Assembly: GCA_963702435.1 (NCBI GenBank)
Contig: CAVPCR010000004.1
Coordinates: 544,001-608,000 of the forward strand
Direction of reading: 5' to 3'
Origin: Candidatus Eiseniibacteriota bacterium
GTDB lineage: Bacteria > Eisenbacteria > RBG-16-71-46 > CAVPCR01
Length of the DNA stretch: 64,000 nucleotides
Shown here: positions 8,796-20,062 of the stretch, one piece after another
Numbering within the stretch: position 1 is the stretch's first letter
Layout of the letters: every line of letters begins with the position of its first letter
Position numbers and translations under genes: made by a program
Notes under the pieces: model-generated
The model's input: only the letters and a program-made list of their open reading frames with translations
Databases searched by the model: none
Told to the model about the DNA's origin: nothing

Positions 8796-11161
8796 CCGCG
8801 GCGCCGGCACGGGCCCCGGCGCGGCTGCGCGCCGTCGTCCGCGGCGCGGTGCAGGGCGTCGGGTTCCGCCCCTTCGTCTACCGGATCGCGACCGCCCTCG
8901 ATCTCGCGGGCTGGGTCAAGAACTCGCCGGCCGGGGTCGTGATCGAGGTCGAGGGTGAGAAGGCGGTGCTCGATGCCTTCCTCCTCCGCCTCGCCGCCGA
9001 GGCGCCGCCGCGCGCCGTGATCCAGAGCCTCGAGTTCTCGTTCCTCGATCCGCGCGGCTACGCGGGGTTCGCGATCCGGGAGAGCGACGACACCGGCGCC
9101 GCGGGCGGCGCTCGTTCTCCCCGACATCGCGACCTGCGCCGAGTGCCGCGCCGAGATCTTCGATCCCGCAGCGCGCCGCCATCGCTATCCGTTCACCAAC
9201 TGCACGCACTGCGGGCCGCGTTTCACGATCATCGAGGCCCTGCCCTACGACCGGCCGGCCACCGCGATGAAGGGCTTCCCCCTGTGCGCTGACTGTCGGC
9301 ACGAGTACGAGGATCCGGCCGACCGCCGTTTCCACGCGCAGCCGATCGCCTGCCCCGCCTGCGGGCCCGAGCTTGCGCTGTGGGATGGGGAAGGTCACCC
9401 GCTCGCCGCGCGCGAGGACGGCGCTCGCCGGCGCGGTGCGCGCCCTCGCAGCGGGCGAGATCGTGGCCATCAAGGGGCTCGGCGGGTTCCATCTCATGGT
9501 GGATGCGCTCGACGAATCGGCGGTGCGCGCGGCTCCGCGCGCGGAAGCACCGCGAGGAGAAGCCGCTCGCCCTCCTCTATCCGGATCTCGAGCGCGTGCG
9601 CGCCGACTGCGCCGTGTCGCCGTTCGAGGAGCGGCTGCTTCTCTCGCCCGAGTCGCCGATCGTGCTTCTCGCGCGGCGGCCGGAGGCGCGCGTGGCGGCG
9701 GGGGTCGCGCCGCGGAATCCGTACCTCGGCGTCATGCTGCCGTCGAATCCGCTCCACCATCTCCTCATGCACGACCTCGGCCGGCCGGTGGTGGCGACGA
9801 GCGGGAACCTCTCCGACGAGCCGATCGCGACCGACGAGCACGAGGCGCTCGCGCGCCTCGGCGGGATCGCCGATCGCTTTCTCGTGCACGATCGCCCGAT
9901 CGTGCGCCATGTGGACGACTCGATCGTGCGGGTCATCCTGGGGCGCGAGCTCGTGCTCCGGCGCGCCCGCGGCTACGCGCCGCTCCCGCTCGCGCTCGCC
10001 GCGCCCTCACCCGTCCCGCTTCTTGCCGTCGGCGCCCATCTCAAGAACACAGTGGCGCTCGCCGCGGGCGCGAACCTCTTCGTGAGCCAGCACATCGGCG
10101 ATCTCGAGAACGCCGCGGCGCTGGCCGCCTTCCGGCGGAGCGCCGAGAGCCTGATCGCGCTGTACGCGGCGCCTCCCGAGCGCGTGGTCGCCGATCTCCA
10201 TCCCGACTACCTGTCGACGCGCTACGCGCGCGAGACGGGACTCCCGCTCATGCAGGTCCAGCACCACCACGCGCACATCGCGGCGTGCATGGCCGAGAAC
10301 GAGCTCACGGGGTCGGTGCTCGGGGTATCGTGGGACGGCACGGGCTACGGCCCGGACGGCACCGTGTGGGGTGGCGAGTTCCTGCTGACGGACGCCGCGT
10401 CGTTCGAGCGTGTGGCGGCGCTCCTCCCATTCCGCCTCCCGGGCGGCGAGCGCGCGGTGCGCGAGCCGCGGCGCTCGGCGCTCGGGGCGCTCCATGCGCT
10501 CCTCGGCGACGAGGTCTTCGCGCGGCCCGATCTGGCGCCGGTCGCGGCCTTCACGGCCGCCGAGCGCGCGCTCCTCCGGCAGATGCTCGCGAAGGGGATC
10601 CAGTCGCCGCTCACCTCGAGCGCCGGGCGCCTCTTCGATGCGGTCGCGTCCGTGCTCGACCTGCGGCAGGTGGGGCATTTCGAGGGGCAGCCCGCCATGG
10701 AGCTCGAGTTCGTCGTAGCGCCGCCGGCAGACCCGGGCGCCGTGGAGCCGTATCCCTTCTCGTTGATTGAGCAGCCCTCTCCGGGTGATCATGGAGCGAT
10801 GGCGCCCCGCTTCCACCTGGACTGGCGGCCGCTCCTCGCCGCGATCCTCGCCGATCGGACGCGCGGCATCGCGGCCGGGACGATCGCCTATCGCTTCCAC
10901 GATACGCTGGCCGCGGCGATCGCCGCCGTGGCCGAGCGCGCCGGCGAGGAACGGGTCGTTCTCTCCGGCGGTTGCTTCCAGAACCGGGTGCTCGTCGAGC
11001 GCACGGTGGCCCGGCTCGCGGCCGGCGGGTTCCGGCCCTACTGGCACCAGCGCTTTCCACCCAATGACGGCGGAATCGCGCTCGGGCAGGCGTATGCGGC
11101 GCTCGCCGCGCTCGCCGCAGCCCGCCCGGGCGCCGGCGTCGCGCCGGCAGCAAGGAGCTGA
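8792..11161 (+). CDS. hypF: Carbamoyltransferase HypF (three +1 frameshifts in this sequence)
   Basis: [11 protein letters not shown] (one frame), [20 protein letters not shown] (next frame), IKGLGGFHL (next frame), then [29 protein letters not shown]. Shifts near 9100, 9420, 9530. Confidence 0.9.
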
Positions 11162-11166
11162 CGATC

Positions 11167-11466
11167 ATGTGTCTCGCGGTTCCAGGGAAGATCCTGAGCG
11201 TGAGCGGGAGCGATCCGCTGCTCAGGAGCGGCCGAGTCGACTTCGCGGGGATCGTGCGCGAGGTGAATCTCGCCTGCGTGCCCGAGGCGGTGATCGGCGA
11301 CTACGTGCTCGTCCACGTCGGAGTCGCGATCAGCGTGATCGAGGCGGAGGAGGCGGCCGAGGTCTTCGCCTATCTCAAGGAGATGGGAGACCTCGCCGAG
11401 CTCGAGTTCGACGACGAGCGCCGCGGAGGGAAGACCGGAGAGGCGACCGGAGAGCCGCCGGCATGA
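11167..11466 (+). CDS. hypC: Hydrogenase maturation chaperone HypC
   Basis: MCLAVPG start, GDYVLVHVG. Confidence 0.96.
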   Translation: MCLAVPGKILSVSGSDPLLRSGRVDFAGIVREVNLACVPEAVIGDYVLVHVGVAISVIEAEEAAEVFAYLKEMGDLAELEFDDERRGGKTGEATGEPPA

Positions 11467-12588
11467 AGTTCGTCGACGAGTACCGGGACGCGCGCGCCGC
11501 CGCCCGCTATGCCCGCGCGATCGCGCGGCTCACCACCCGGCCGTGGAAGATCATGGAGATCTGCGGGGGGCAGACGCATGCGATCGTCAAGTTCGGGGTC
11601 GATGAGCTGCTGCCAGGCCAGATCACGCTCGTGCATGGGCCGGGGTGTCCCGTGTGCGTGACCCCGGTCGAGCTGATCGAGAAGGCGCTCGAGATCGCGG
11701 CGCGGCCGGAGGTCATCTTCTGCTCGTTCGGCGACATGTTGCGGGTCCCGGGCATCTCGCGCGACCTCTTCTCCGTGAAGGCCGCCGGCGGCGACGTGCG
11801 CATCGTCTACTCGCCGCTCGATGCGCTCCGCCTCGCGGGCGAGAACACGCGGGCGCGAGGTCGTCTTCTTCGCGGTCGGCTTCGAGACGACTGCACCGGC
11901 CAACGCCATGGCCGTCGCGCAGGCCGCGGCCGCCGGGATCACCAACTTCTCCCTCCTCGTCTCCCACGTGCTGGTGCCGCCGGCGATGGAGGCGATCCTC
12001 TCGTCGCCGACGAACCGCGTGCAGGGCTTCCTCGCCGCCGGCCACGTCTGCACGGTCATGGGCTACGACCGAGTACGAGCCGCATCGCCCGCCGCTACCG
12101 GGTGCCGATCGTGGTCACCGGCTTCGAGCCGCTCGACATCCTGCAGGGGATCGCCATGTGCATCCGCCAGCTCGAGACGGGGCGCGCCGAGGTGGAGAAC
12201 CAGTACGCGCGGGCGGTGCGGCGGGACGGGAACCGGCCCGCGCAGGAGCTGATTCGCCAGGTCTTCCGGGTCGTGCCGCGGAAGTGGCGCGGGGTGGGGG
12301 AGATCCCGGCGAGCGGTCTCGGGCTCCGGCGCCGAGTACGCGGCGTTCGACGCCGAGACGCGCTTCGGGGTCGCCGATCGCACGGCCGAGGAATCGCCCG
12401 AGTGCAAGAGCGGGCTTGTCCTCCAGGGGGTGCTCAAGCCGCACGAGTGCCCGGCCTTCGGCGCGAGCTGCACGCCCGAGCATCCGCTCGGCGCGACCAT
12501 GGTCTCGACCGAGGGCGCCTGCGCCGCGTACTACCGCTACCGGCGCTACCATCCCGCTCCCGCTGCAACTGCCGCGAGTACGTCATGA
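11463..12588 (+). CDS. hypD: Hydrogenase maturation protein HypD (four +1 frameshifts in this sequence)
   Basis: [63 protein letters not shown], spread over successive frames. Shifts near 11850, 12068, 12083, 12330. Confidence 0.9.
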
Positions 12589-13643
12589 GTGAGGAGCGTC
12601 CGGTCGTCTTCCAGTGCCCGATCCCGATCCAGCAGTATCCGCAGATCCTCCTCGCGCACGGGGGCGGCGGCGCGCTGATGCGGGACCTGATCGAGAAGAT
12701 GTTCGTGCCCCTGTTCGCGAACGCGGAGCTTGCGGCCCGGCACGACGGCGCGCTCCTCACGCCACCACCGGGCCGGCTCGCCTTCACCACCGACTCCTAC
12801 GTGGTCCGCCCGCTCTTCTTCCCCGGCGGCGACATCGGAAGCCTGGCCGTCAACGGCACGGTGAACGATCTCGCCATGTGCGGCGCCCGCCCGCGCTGGC
12901 TCTCAGCGCCGCGTTCATCATCGAGGAAGGGCTCGCCATGGAGACCCTGTGGCGGGTCGTCCGCTCGATGCAGGAGGCGGCCGCCGCGGCCCAGGTCACC
13001 CTCGTCACCGGCGACACCAAGGTAGTGGATCGCGGGAAGGGCGACGGGCTCTTCGTCGACGACCGCGGGCATCGGCACGGTCGAGCACGCGCTCTCGATC
13101 GCGCCGGCGAGCGTCCGACCCGGCGACGCGATCCTCCTCTCCGGCGACATCGGCCGGCACGGCATCGCGATCATGGCGGTCCGCGAGGGGCTCGCCTTCG
13201 AGAGCGTGGTCGAGAGCGACTGCGCGCCGCTCGCGCCGCCCGTCGCCGCGCTCCTCGAAGCAGGAGTCGATGTGCACTGCCTCCGCGATCTCACCCGCGG
13301 CGGGCTCGCCAGCGCGCTCGTCGAGATCGCGACGACCGCCGGGCTCCACGTGCATATCGAGGAGCGCGCCATCCCGGCGCGCGAGGATGTGCGCGGGGCC
13401 TGCGAGGTACTCGGCCTCGATCCGCTCTACGTGGCGAATGAGGGCCGCTTCGTCGCCTTGGTCGCGCCCGCCGATGCCGCGCGCGCTCTCTCCATCCTCC
13501 GCGCGCATCCGGTGTCGAGCGGAGCAGTCCCGATCGGCAGCGTGACCGCCGAGCCACGCGGGCTCGTCACCATGAAGAGCGCGATCGGCGCGACGCGGAT
13601 CGTGGATCTCCTCTCCGGCGAGCAGCTCCCGCGCATCTGCTAG
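12585..13643 (+). CDS. hypE: Carbamoyl dehydratase HypE (two frameshifts in this sequence)
   Basis: [40 protein letters not shown]-terminal PRIC. Shifts near 12902 (+2) and 13058 (+1). Confidence 0.9.
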
Positions 13644-13810
13644 CGCGCGTTCCGGCCAGTCGGCGCGTCACGCTTCGGCGGCGGGCGCCGGCCGGCTCGA
13701 ACAGTCCGCGCCCGTCCGCGATCCTCCGCGAAGACTTTGCCGCCCCGAGCACTGAGGGCGGGCTGCGGAACTCGCCGGCCTCCGCGCCCGTCCGCCTCGC
13801 GCTCCGCGTC

Positions 13811-13953
13811 CTGGCGCAGGGACGGGCGACGCGAACTGCCCTCGCAGGCGAGTTTCGCCGGCCGGCTCCCAGGTTCATCTATGCCCGTGCGCCCGCCGGA
13901 CGGCGAGTGTTTGAGCCGGCGAGGGCAGTCGCGAAGCCCGGTCCTTAGGCCAG
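13811..13953. other. Long imperfect inverted repeat / candidate structured RNA
   Basis: Nested pairings CTGGC/GCCAG, AGGGAC/GTCCTT, CGGGC/GCCCG, CGCGA/TCGCG, ACTGCCCTCGC/GCGAGGGCAGT, GCCGGCTC/GAGCCGGC. Confidence 0.45.
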
Positions 13954-13998
13954 CGCCCGACGCCGGCGTCCGCTGCCGGCGCCCGCCGCCGCGGGAGC

Positions 13999-14349
13999 TC
14001 AGCACCCGTCGGACTTGCCGACGATGCGCAGCAAGGGGCCCGCGGGCTCGAAGGCGAACAGCGCCGCGAGCTCCGGCTCGAGCTCGTCCCGGAGGCGGTC
14101 CCAGAAGGGCTCCATGCCGGTCCGGAAGAGATGACCGCGGAACGGCGCGCCGCTCACCGTCCATCACAGCCGGGACCAGGTCTCCGGGTCAACCAGTCGA
14201 ACGGCGGATTGAACCGCGAGCGGATGAGGAGCGTGAGGTAGAGGGTGAGGGGGATGGCTGCGAATGGCTGCGAGCGTGGCGGCCAGGGCCGCGGTCGCCA
14301 GGTGCGGGCGCTCGCGCCGAGCGGCGGATCCGAGGACGACGTAGGCCAC
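13999..14349 (-). pseudogene. Decayed fragment of a DUF2723-like membrane protein
   Basis: Reconstructed LYLTLLIRSRFNPPFDW/DPETWSRL*WTVSGAPFRG. Broken by a 10-bp duplication (14254-14273), a further frameshift and an in-frame TGA (14164-14166). Confidence 0.45.
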
Positions 14350-14358
14350 GGGGCGCGG

Positions 14359-15333
14359 CTAGGCGGAGGGCGCGCGATCGGGCTCGCTGGGCGCGCCGCG
14401 TATTTCTGCGATACGACGGAGAATCTCGCGCTCCTCGGCGCTCAGATCGTCGGGCACCGTGATCTCGACCTCGGCCAGGTGATCGCCGCGCCGGCCGTCC
14501 TTCGCCTCGATGCCCGCTCCGGCCAGGCGCAGCACGCGGCCGCCGGGAGTGCCGGCCGGGACGGTGAGACGGGTGCGGCCGCGGAGCGTCTTGACCTCGA
14601 CCGTGCCGCCGAGCGCGGCGACCCAGAACGGGACGGGGATCCGGCTCTTCACATCGAGTCCGTCGCGCGCGAGCTCGGGATCGGCGGCGACGCGGAGGGT
14701 GACATAGAGGTTGCCCGGCGTGCCGGGTCCCTCCGGATCGTTGCCGCGGCCGCGGAAGCGGAGCACCTGTCCATCGGTGGCTCCCGGGTCGAGCCGGACG
14801 CGCAGGGTCTCCGCGGCCGGCTCGCGCTCACCGCCCGCGGTGCGCCGGAGCCGCTCGTAGCGGATGGTCTTGGTGGCGCCGCGCGCAGCCTCGAGAAAAC
14901 CGAGGTCGAGCGCGAAACGGAGGTCCTCGCCGCGATCCGGGGCCCTGCCGAAGGGTTCTTCCGCGAACTCCTCGGGACCGAAGCGGACGCGGCGGCGGCG
15001 CGCGCGCCCGCCGAAGGGCGATCCCTGTGCGCCGAAGAGGTCGGCGAAGATGTCGCCGAAGCTGGCGTAGATGTCCTCGGTCGACGTGAAGCCGCGAAAG
15101 CCCATGTCCTCGACGCCCGACCGCCCCCGCTGATCGTAGGCCTGGCGCTTCGCCGGATCGCTCAGCACCTCGTAGGCGTTCGACGCCTCCTTGAAACGTT
15201 CCTCGGCCGCCTTGTCCCCGGGGTTCTTGTCCGGGTGGTACCGGAGGGCGAGGCGGCGGTAGGCCTTCTTGATGTTCTCCGGAGAGGCATCGTGCGCCAC
15301 CTCGAGCACCTCGTAGTAGTCCCGTTCAGCCAT
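14359..15333 (-). CDS. DnaJ-class co-chaperone without zinc finger (CbpA-like)
   Basis: [15 protein letters not shown] (HPD), G/F-rich linker, DnaJ C-terminal domain; no CxxCxGxG repeats. Confidence 0.92.
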   Translation of the reverse strand: MAERDYYEVLEVAHDASPENIKKAYRRLALRYHPDKNPGDKAAEERFKEASNAYEVLSDPAKRQAYDQRGRSGVEDMGFRGFTSTEDIYASFGDIFADLFGAQGSPFGGRARRRRVRFGPEEFAEEPFGRAPDRGEDLRFALDLGFLEAARGATKTIRYERLRRTAGGEREPAAETLRVRLDPGATDGQVLRFRGRGNDPEGPGTPGNLYVTLRVAADPELARDGLDVKSRIPVPFWVAALGGTVEVKTLRGRTRLTVPAGTPGGRVLRLAGAGIEAKDGRRGDHLAEVEITVPDDLSAEEREILRRIAEIRGAPSEPDRAPSA

Positions 15334-15401
15334 GGCGTGAGTGTAACGGAATCCGTCTCGTTTCGAGTCAGCGGGGAACGGCGGTCGGCGCAGTGGCGGC
15401 A

Positions 15402-15461
15402 CCCGCGGTCGCCCGCCGCCGCCCGCGGTCGCCCGCCGCCGCCCGCGGTCGCCTACCGCCG
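15402..15461. repeat. 20-bp tandem repeat x3 in the divergent dnaJ/cheA intergenic region
   Basis: CCCGCGGTCGCCCGCCGCCG repeated three times; third copy has 2 mismatches. Confidence 0.8.
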
Positions 15462-15508
15462 CCCGGCCCCCCCCGGTGCGGCCGGCGGCGCCCCGACCGC
15501 CGCGGTGA

Positions 15509-15535
15509 ATGAGTTCGCCCGGCAAATGACGATAA
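15509..15535 (+). promoter_or_regulatory. Candidate sigma28 (FliA-type) promoter for cheA
   Basis: ATGAGTTC-N11-GACGATAA versus consensus TAAAGTTT-N11-GCCGATAA, 50 bp upstream of ATG. Confidence 0.4.
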
Positions 15536-15585
15536 CGGTTCCGAGAGGCGAACACGGTCCGGTCACCCGCCGGCATCGCACATCC

Positions 15586-17574
15586 ATGGACGAATCGAAC
15601 GCCCCCTTTCTCACCGAGTTCCTGAGCTCGGCCGAGGATCTCGTCGCGCGCCTGGCGGCGGAGCTCGAGACGCTCCGTGCCGATGCGGAGGGCGGACGCG
15701 ATCTGACGCCGCTCCTTCGCGGTTTCCACTCGCTCAAGGGCAACAGCTCGTTCATTCCGGACTGCCCGTTGACGCCGCTCGCGCACGCCGCCGAGGACGC
15801 GATCGAGGCGGCGCGGGACGGGTTCGTCGCCCCGGCGCGTCTGCTCGAGCCGCTCCGCACGGCGCTCGACTGCTGCGAGATGCGTCTTGCCGAGTATCGC
15901 CGGGCAGGCACGGTCGCGCCGATGACGCCGCGCGAGGGGGAGATCGCGGCCGCGCTCGCCCGACTCGCCACGGCCGACGGCGAGCGGGCCGGCATCACAT
16001 CCCGCTACTTCTTTGCCGGGGCGGACGTGACCGATGCGCTCGGCGACCTCCATCAGGCGGAGCTCGGCCGGCTCGATCCGATCCGGCTCGACGCGCTCCG
16101 CGATCGCCTGCGCGAGCTGGCCGCGGCCGGCGGGGCCAGCGGTTCGACCGAGCTCGACCGGGATCGCACGATCGATCCGCGCGCGCTCATGCGCTGGCTG
16201 GCCGAGCGCGCGGTGCGGGTGCCGGTGGCCAAGGGCAGCGCGCCGCTCCTCCAGCGCGCCGGTCCGGGCTGGGAGGCGGCGCGTGGCGAGCTCCTGCCGC
16301 GGCACTTCACGATCGAGGCCGACACGGCCGACGAGTTCCTCGAGCATGCCGTCGAGCTGCGCCTGTTCGGCGAGCGGCTGGCGCGCCTCGACCGGACGCT
16401 GCGCGAGCTGGTCGAGGGGCCCGCCGGGCGCGCGGCGCGCACCGAGCGCACCGAGTACCGCGAGCTCGATCAGCTCGCCGCGGAGCTGCGGGCGGCCCAT
16501 CATGCCTTCGCGCCGCTGGCCGCCCGCCTCCAAGAGCGCCTGCTGGCCATCCGCCGGGTGCCGGTCAAGCGGCTCCTCGATCGCCACGCCGCGCTGATCC
16601 GGGATCTGGCCCCGCGCCTGGGCAAGGAGGTGACGGTCGCCGTGGTCGGCGGAGCCATCCGGGCCGACAAGAGCATCGTCGAGCAGCTCGAGCCGCCGCT
16701 CACGCACCTGGTGCGAAACGCGGTCGATCACGGGCTCGAGACACCGGCCGAGCGGGCGGCCCGGAGCAAGGCGGCCCGCGGGTCCATCACGCTCCGGGCC
16801 ACGAGCGAGGGCCAGTGGTTCGTGCTCGAGGTCGCCGACGACGGAGCGGGAATCGACGCCACGGCGCTTCGCCGCTCGGCGGTCGAGCGTGGATTCCTCG
16901 ATGGAGCGACCGCTGCCGGGATGACGGACGAGCAGATCATCCAGCTCGTCTTCCTGCCGGGCCTGAGCGCGCGACGCGAGGTGAACGAGCTCTCCGGCCG
17001 CGGGGTCGGCATGGACGAGGTGTTCGCCACGGTGCGCCAGCTGCGCGGCACCATCAGCATCGACAGCGAGCGCGGGCAGGGGACGCGCTTCATCATCAAG
17101 GTTCCCGACACCGGGTTCGCCGTGGTGCGCTGCGTCCCGGTGCGCGTGGGCGAGCTCCGCTTTCTCATCCCGCACGACGCTACGCGCCGCTGGACCGAAG
17201 CGGACTTCGATCCCGAACGCGACGGGCCGCTCCTCGAGCTGGCCCAGGTCGCTCCTCAACTGGGGAGCGAGTGGCTCGAGCGCGGCCCCGGCCGCCAGGC
17301 GGCCGCCCGCGCCCGCGGGGCCGGCCGGCGTCTCATCGTCGTGCTCGAGAGCGGCGGGCGCCGCTTCGCCCTGCATCTGGACGAGGTCGGCAGCGAGATG
17401 GATGTGGTCGTCCGTCCGCTCGATCGAGATCTGGTCCGTGCGTCCCTGTGGTCGATGGCGGCGCTCGGCGCGGCGGGCGAGACCCAGCTCGTGCTCGATG
17501 TGGACGGGCTGGCAGCGCTCCTGCCGGTGGCGCGCGTGCGCCCGCTCTCCCCTGTGTTGCCGGAGGCGGCATGA
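15586..17574 (+). CDS. cheA: CheA-type chemosensory histidine kinase
   Basis: HPt [40 protein letters not shown]-terminal CheW-like domain. Confidence 0.88.
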   Translation: MDESNAPFLTEFLSSAEDLVARLAAELETLRADAEGGRDLTPLLRGFHSLKGNSSFIPDCPLTPLAHAAEDAIEAARDGFVAPARLLEPLRTALDCCEMRLAEYRRAGTVAPMTPREGEIAAALARLATADGERAGITSRYFFAGADVTDALGDLHQAELGRLDPIRLDALRDRLRELAAAGGASGSTELDRDRTIDPRALMRWLAERAVRVPVAKGSAPLLQRAGPGWEAARGELLPRHFTIEADTADEFLEHAVELRLFGERLARLDRTLRELVEGPAGRAARTERTEYRELDQLAAELRAAHHAFAPLAARLQERLLAIRRVPVKRLLDRHAALIRDLAPRLGKEVTVAVVGGAIRADKSIVEQLEPPLTHLVRNAVDHGLETPAERAARSKAARGSITLRATSEGQWFVLEVADDGAGIDATALRRSAVERGFLDGATAAGMTDEQIIQLVFLPGLSARREVNELSGRGVGMDEVFATVRQLRGTISIDSERGQGTRFIIKVPDTGFAVVRCVPVRVGELRFLIPHDATRRWTEADFDPERDGPLLELAQVAPQLGSEWLERGPGRQAAARARGAGRRLIVVLESGGRRFALHLDEVGSEMDVVVRPLDRDLVRASLWSMAALGAAGETQLVLDVDGLAALLPVARVRPLSPVLPEAA

Positions 17575-18050
17575 ACGACCAGCACGATGCGAACGACGAC
17601 CGGAGCGACGGCCGGGGTCACCGGACGCGCCTGCTCTGGTTCGAGGTATCCGGATCGGCCCTGGCGCTTCCGGTCGAGCAGGTGCTCGAGATCCGGGCGC
17701 CCGGTCGCTATGTGGCGGTGCCGGGCGCGCCGCGCGAGGTGCTCGGGCTCATCCAGCATCGCGGCCGCATGATCCCCGTGATCGATCTCGCCGAGCGGGT
17801 CGGCGGCACGAGCTGGGATGCGGAATCGGGGCGCTCCGCCGGGGCTGTCCTCATCGTCGAGACGAGCGAACGGGGCGGGCGGAGAGCGTGCGCCCTGGCC
17901 GTCGACCGCGTGTCCGGCGTGCGCGAGCACGCGACCGACGATGCCGGGGGCGAGATGGCCGGCTCGATCCTCGATCTGGCCGCGGTCTTCGGCGCCCGGG
18001 CCGCGAATCCGGGAGCGGCGGCGGCCGCTGCGGCCGGCATGACGCGGTGA
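17571..18050 (+). CDS. cheW: CheW adaptor
   Basis: [44 protein letters not shown] overlap with cheA. Confidence 0.88.
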   Translation: MNDQHDANDDRSDGRGHRTRLLWFEVSGSALALPVEQVLEIRAPGRYVAVPGAPREVLGLIQHRGRMIPVIDLAERVGGTSWDAESGRSAGAVLIVETSERGGRRACALAVDRVSGVREHATDDAGGEMAGSILDLAAVFGARAANPGAAAAAAAGMTR

Positions 18051-18107
18051 GCGGGGACGGGGGAGATGGACATCGCGAGAATCAAGTAAGGGACGAGGAC
18101 CGAAATC

Positions 18108-19835
18108 ATGCAAGCGAGGCTCAAGCTCCGTGTCGTGGCCGGCCAGGTGCTCCTCCTGGTCCTGATCGGTGTTGTCTGCTGCTACGGACTCTGGCTCAAC
18201 CATGCCATGCGTCGGGAGACGCAGGCGCTGGGACGCGGCACCGTGACGGTGGCGAAGCTCCTCGATCGCACCGCAGCGCGTCTCGAGGACCTCCGGCACC
18301 TGCTCGTCGCCGAGCACGGCGCAGCGGACGGGCCGGCCGGCGAGGCCCGGGCCGGCGATGCCAGCGGCGAGCGCCAGGACGATGAGGTGGCGGCCGTGCT
18401 CGTGGCCGTCGAAGTCTCCCAGCTCATGACCCGCGGGCGCGCCCTGGTGGCGGACCTGATCGAGAAGGAGAAGGCCGCTCATCTATATGCGGTGGGGGTC
18501 GAGCTCGATGCGCTCGCGCGGAGCCATCAGCGGATCCAGCAGCGGATCGCGGCGGCGCGGAGCCTGGGTCGGCCCGACGACGTCGGGCCGCTCATCGCGG
18601 AGATCGATGACGAGCGCCAGCGGACGGATGCCCTCTCCGATCAGGTGGTCGAACTCTGGCAGCGGCAGCTCGAAGCCAGGATCGGCGCGGCCGGCCAGAA
18701 TCTCCTGATCGTGGCCGTCGTCGTCATGCTTGCCGGCGTGCTCGGCTGCCTGGCCGGCTGGCGCGGGGCCGGTGCCAGCGAGATCATGCTGCGCCGCGCG
18801 CGGAACGATCTCGAGACCATCGCCGATCGCGTGGCGACGAGCGCCACCATCCTGAGCCACTCGAGCACCGAACTCGCCGTGCGCACCGAGATGCAGGCCT
18901 CGCAGCTCGAAACCGCGGCCGTCTCCCTCGCCGCGGTGACCGATCGCACCATGCACGCGCGGGCGGCCGGGGAGGCTTCGAGCCTGGTCGCCGAGGCGCG
19001 GACGCAGGCGGGTCGGGTGAGCGAGGACATGGATCAAATGGCGGTCGCCATGGACGAGATCGCCGCCGCCAGCAACGCCATCCTCGACATGATGCACATG
19101 ATCGACGACATCGCTCGCGAGACCAACATCCTGGCCTTGAACGCCGCGGTCGAGGCGGCGCGCGCCGGCGAGGCCGGGCGCGGGTTCGCGGTCGTCGCCG
19201 AGCGCGTGCGGTCGCTCGCCGAGCGGGCGGCCGAGGCCGGACAGCTCACCGAGCGGCGGATCCAGGAGACACGGGCCCGGGTCCAGCGCGGGCGCGATGC
19301 CGTGGTGCGCACGAGCACCGCGGTGACCGGGATCGGCGGCTCGGTGGACCGTACGCAGCGCCTGCTCGAGAGCATCGTGAGTCTCTCGCGCGAGCAGGAG
19401 GAAGTGATCGGCAAGGTGTCGGCCGCGCTCAACGATCTCGACCGCGACATGCGCGCGCTCGACGGCGTCGAAGCGCCGGCGGCGCGGGCCGCCGCTCTCC
19501 GGCGCGACGTCGAGAGCATCGGGGCCTGCATGGCGTCCTTGTCCGCTCTGCTCGGACATCCCGCGCGGGCCGGGCGCGCGGGCGCGACCGAGGTGACAGC
19601 CGGGAACCCGACGAGCGCCGGCCGCGGGCCCTCGGAGCCGGTGGTCCCCGCGGCCCCGGACGGCGCGGTGAAGGCGATGTGGGCGCCGTCCTCTCCGCCG
19701 CCGGAGCGGGCCATGCCGCCCCAGCCTACGAACGCGGCGGAGGCCGAAGCTCTTGCCACCCGCCTCCGCGCGCTCTCCCTGCCCGCGCCAGCGCAGGGGG
19801 AGGGCCGCCAAGCGGATGGCGCCCGGGCGGCCTGA
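18108..19835 (+). CDS. Methyl-accepting chemotaxis protein
   Basis: Two TM segments; hairpin tip [34 protein letters not shown]; Pro/Ala-rich tail. Confidence 0.9.
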   Translation: MQARLKLRVVAGQVLLLVLIGVVCCYGLWLNHAMRRETQALGRGTVTVAKLLDRTAARLEDLRHLLVAEHGAADGPAGEARAGDASGERQDDEVAAVLVAVEVSQLMTRGRALVADLIEKEKAAHLYAVGVELDALARSHQRIQQRIAAARSLGRPDDVGPLIAEIDDERQRTDALSDQVVELWQRQLEARIGAAGQNLLIVAVVVMLAGVLGCLAGWRGAGASEIMLRRARNDLETIADRVATSATILSHSSTELAVRTEMQASQLETAAVSLAAVTDRTMHARAAGEASSLVAEARTQAGRVSEDMDQMAVAMDEIAAASNAILDMMHMIDDIARETNILALNAAVEAARAGEAGRGFAVVAERVRSLAERAAEAGQLTERRIQETRARVQRGRDAVVRTSTAVTGIGGSVDRTQRLLESIVSLSREQEEVIGKVSAALNDLDRDMRALDGVEAPAARAAALRRDVESIGACMASLSALLGHPARAGRAGATEVTAGNPTSAGRGPSEPVVPAAPDGAVKAMWAPSSPPPERAMPPQPTNAAEAEALATRLRALSLPAPAQGEGRQADGARAA

Positions 19836-19892
19836 CGGGCCGGTGCCGCGGCGCGCCGCCTGCTCGTCGTGCATCGCCAACCCTTTGCCCCA

Positions 19893-19922
19893 TTGACTCT
19901 TAAGCATCATCAATGGTATGAT
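19893..19922 (+). promoter_or_regulatory. Sigma70-type promoter with overlapping dyads
   Basis: TTGACT-N18-TATGAT with extended TG in an AT-rich patch; dyads CATTGA/TCAATG and CATCAT/ATGATG. Confidence 0.55.
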
Positions 19923-20062
19923 GTCAAGTAAGTCGAGGGCTCGAGAGCATCGACGACGTATCATCCGCAGGCGCCCCGCCCCCCCTGGGCGCATCCTCAT
20001 CTCCGTTCCAGAACCAACTGACCGGCCGCGCCCCCGGCCGTCGCCTCCCGGCAGGAGTCCGC

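Noticed and set aside
10767..13025. HypD-HypE fusion ORF (752 aa)
   Set aside because: Patchwork produced by frameshifts; the repaired hypD ends at 12588, overlapping the hypE ATG.
14245..17376. Giant CheA (1109 aa) and DnaJ (1005 aa) fusions in the ORF track
   Set aside because: The extensions are antisense read-through of each other; real starts are near 15586 (+) and 15333 (-).
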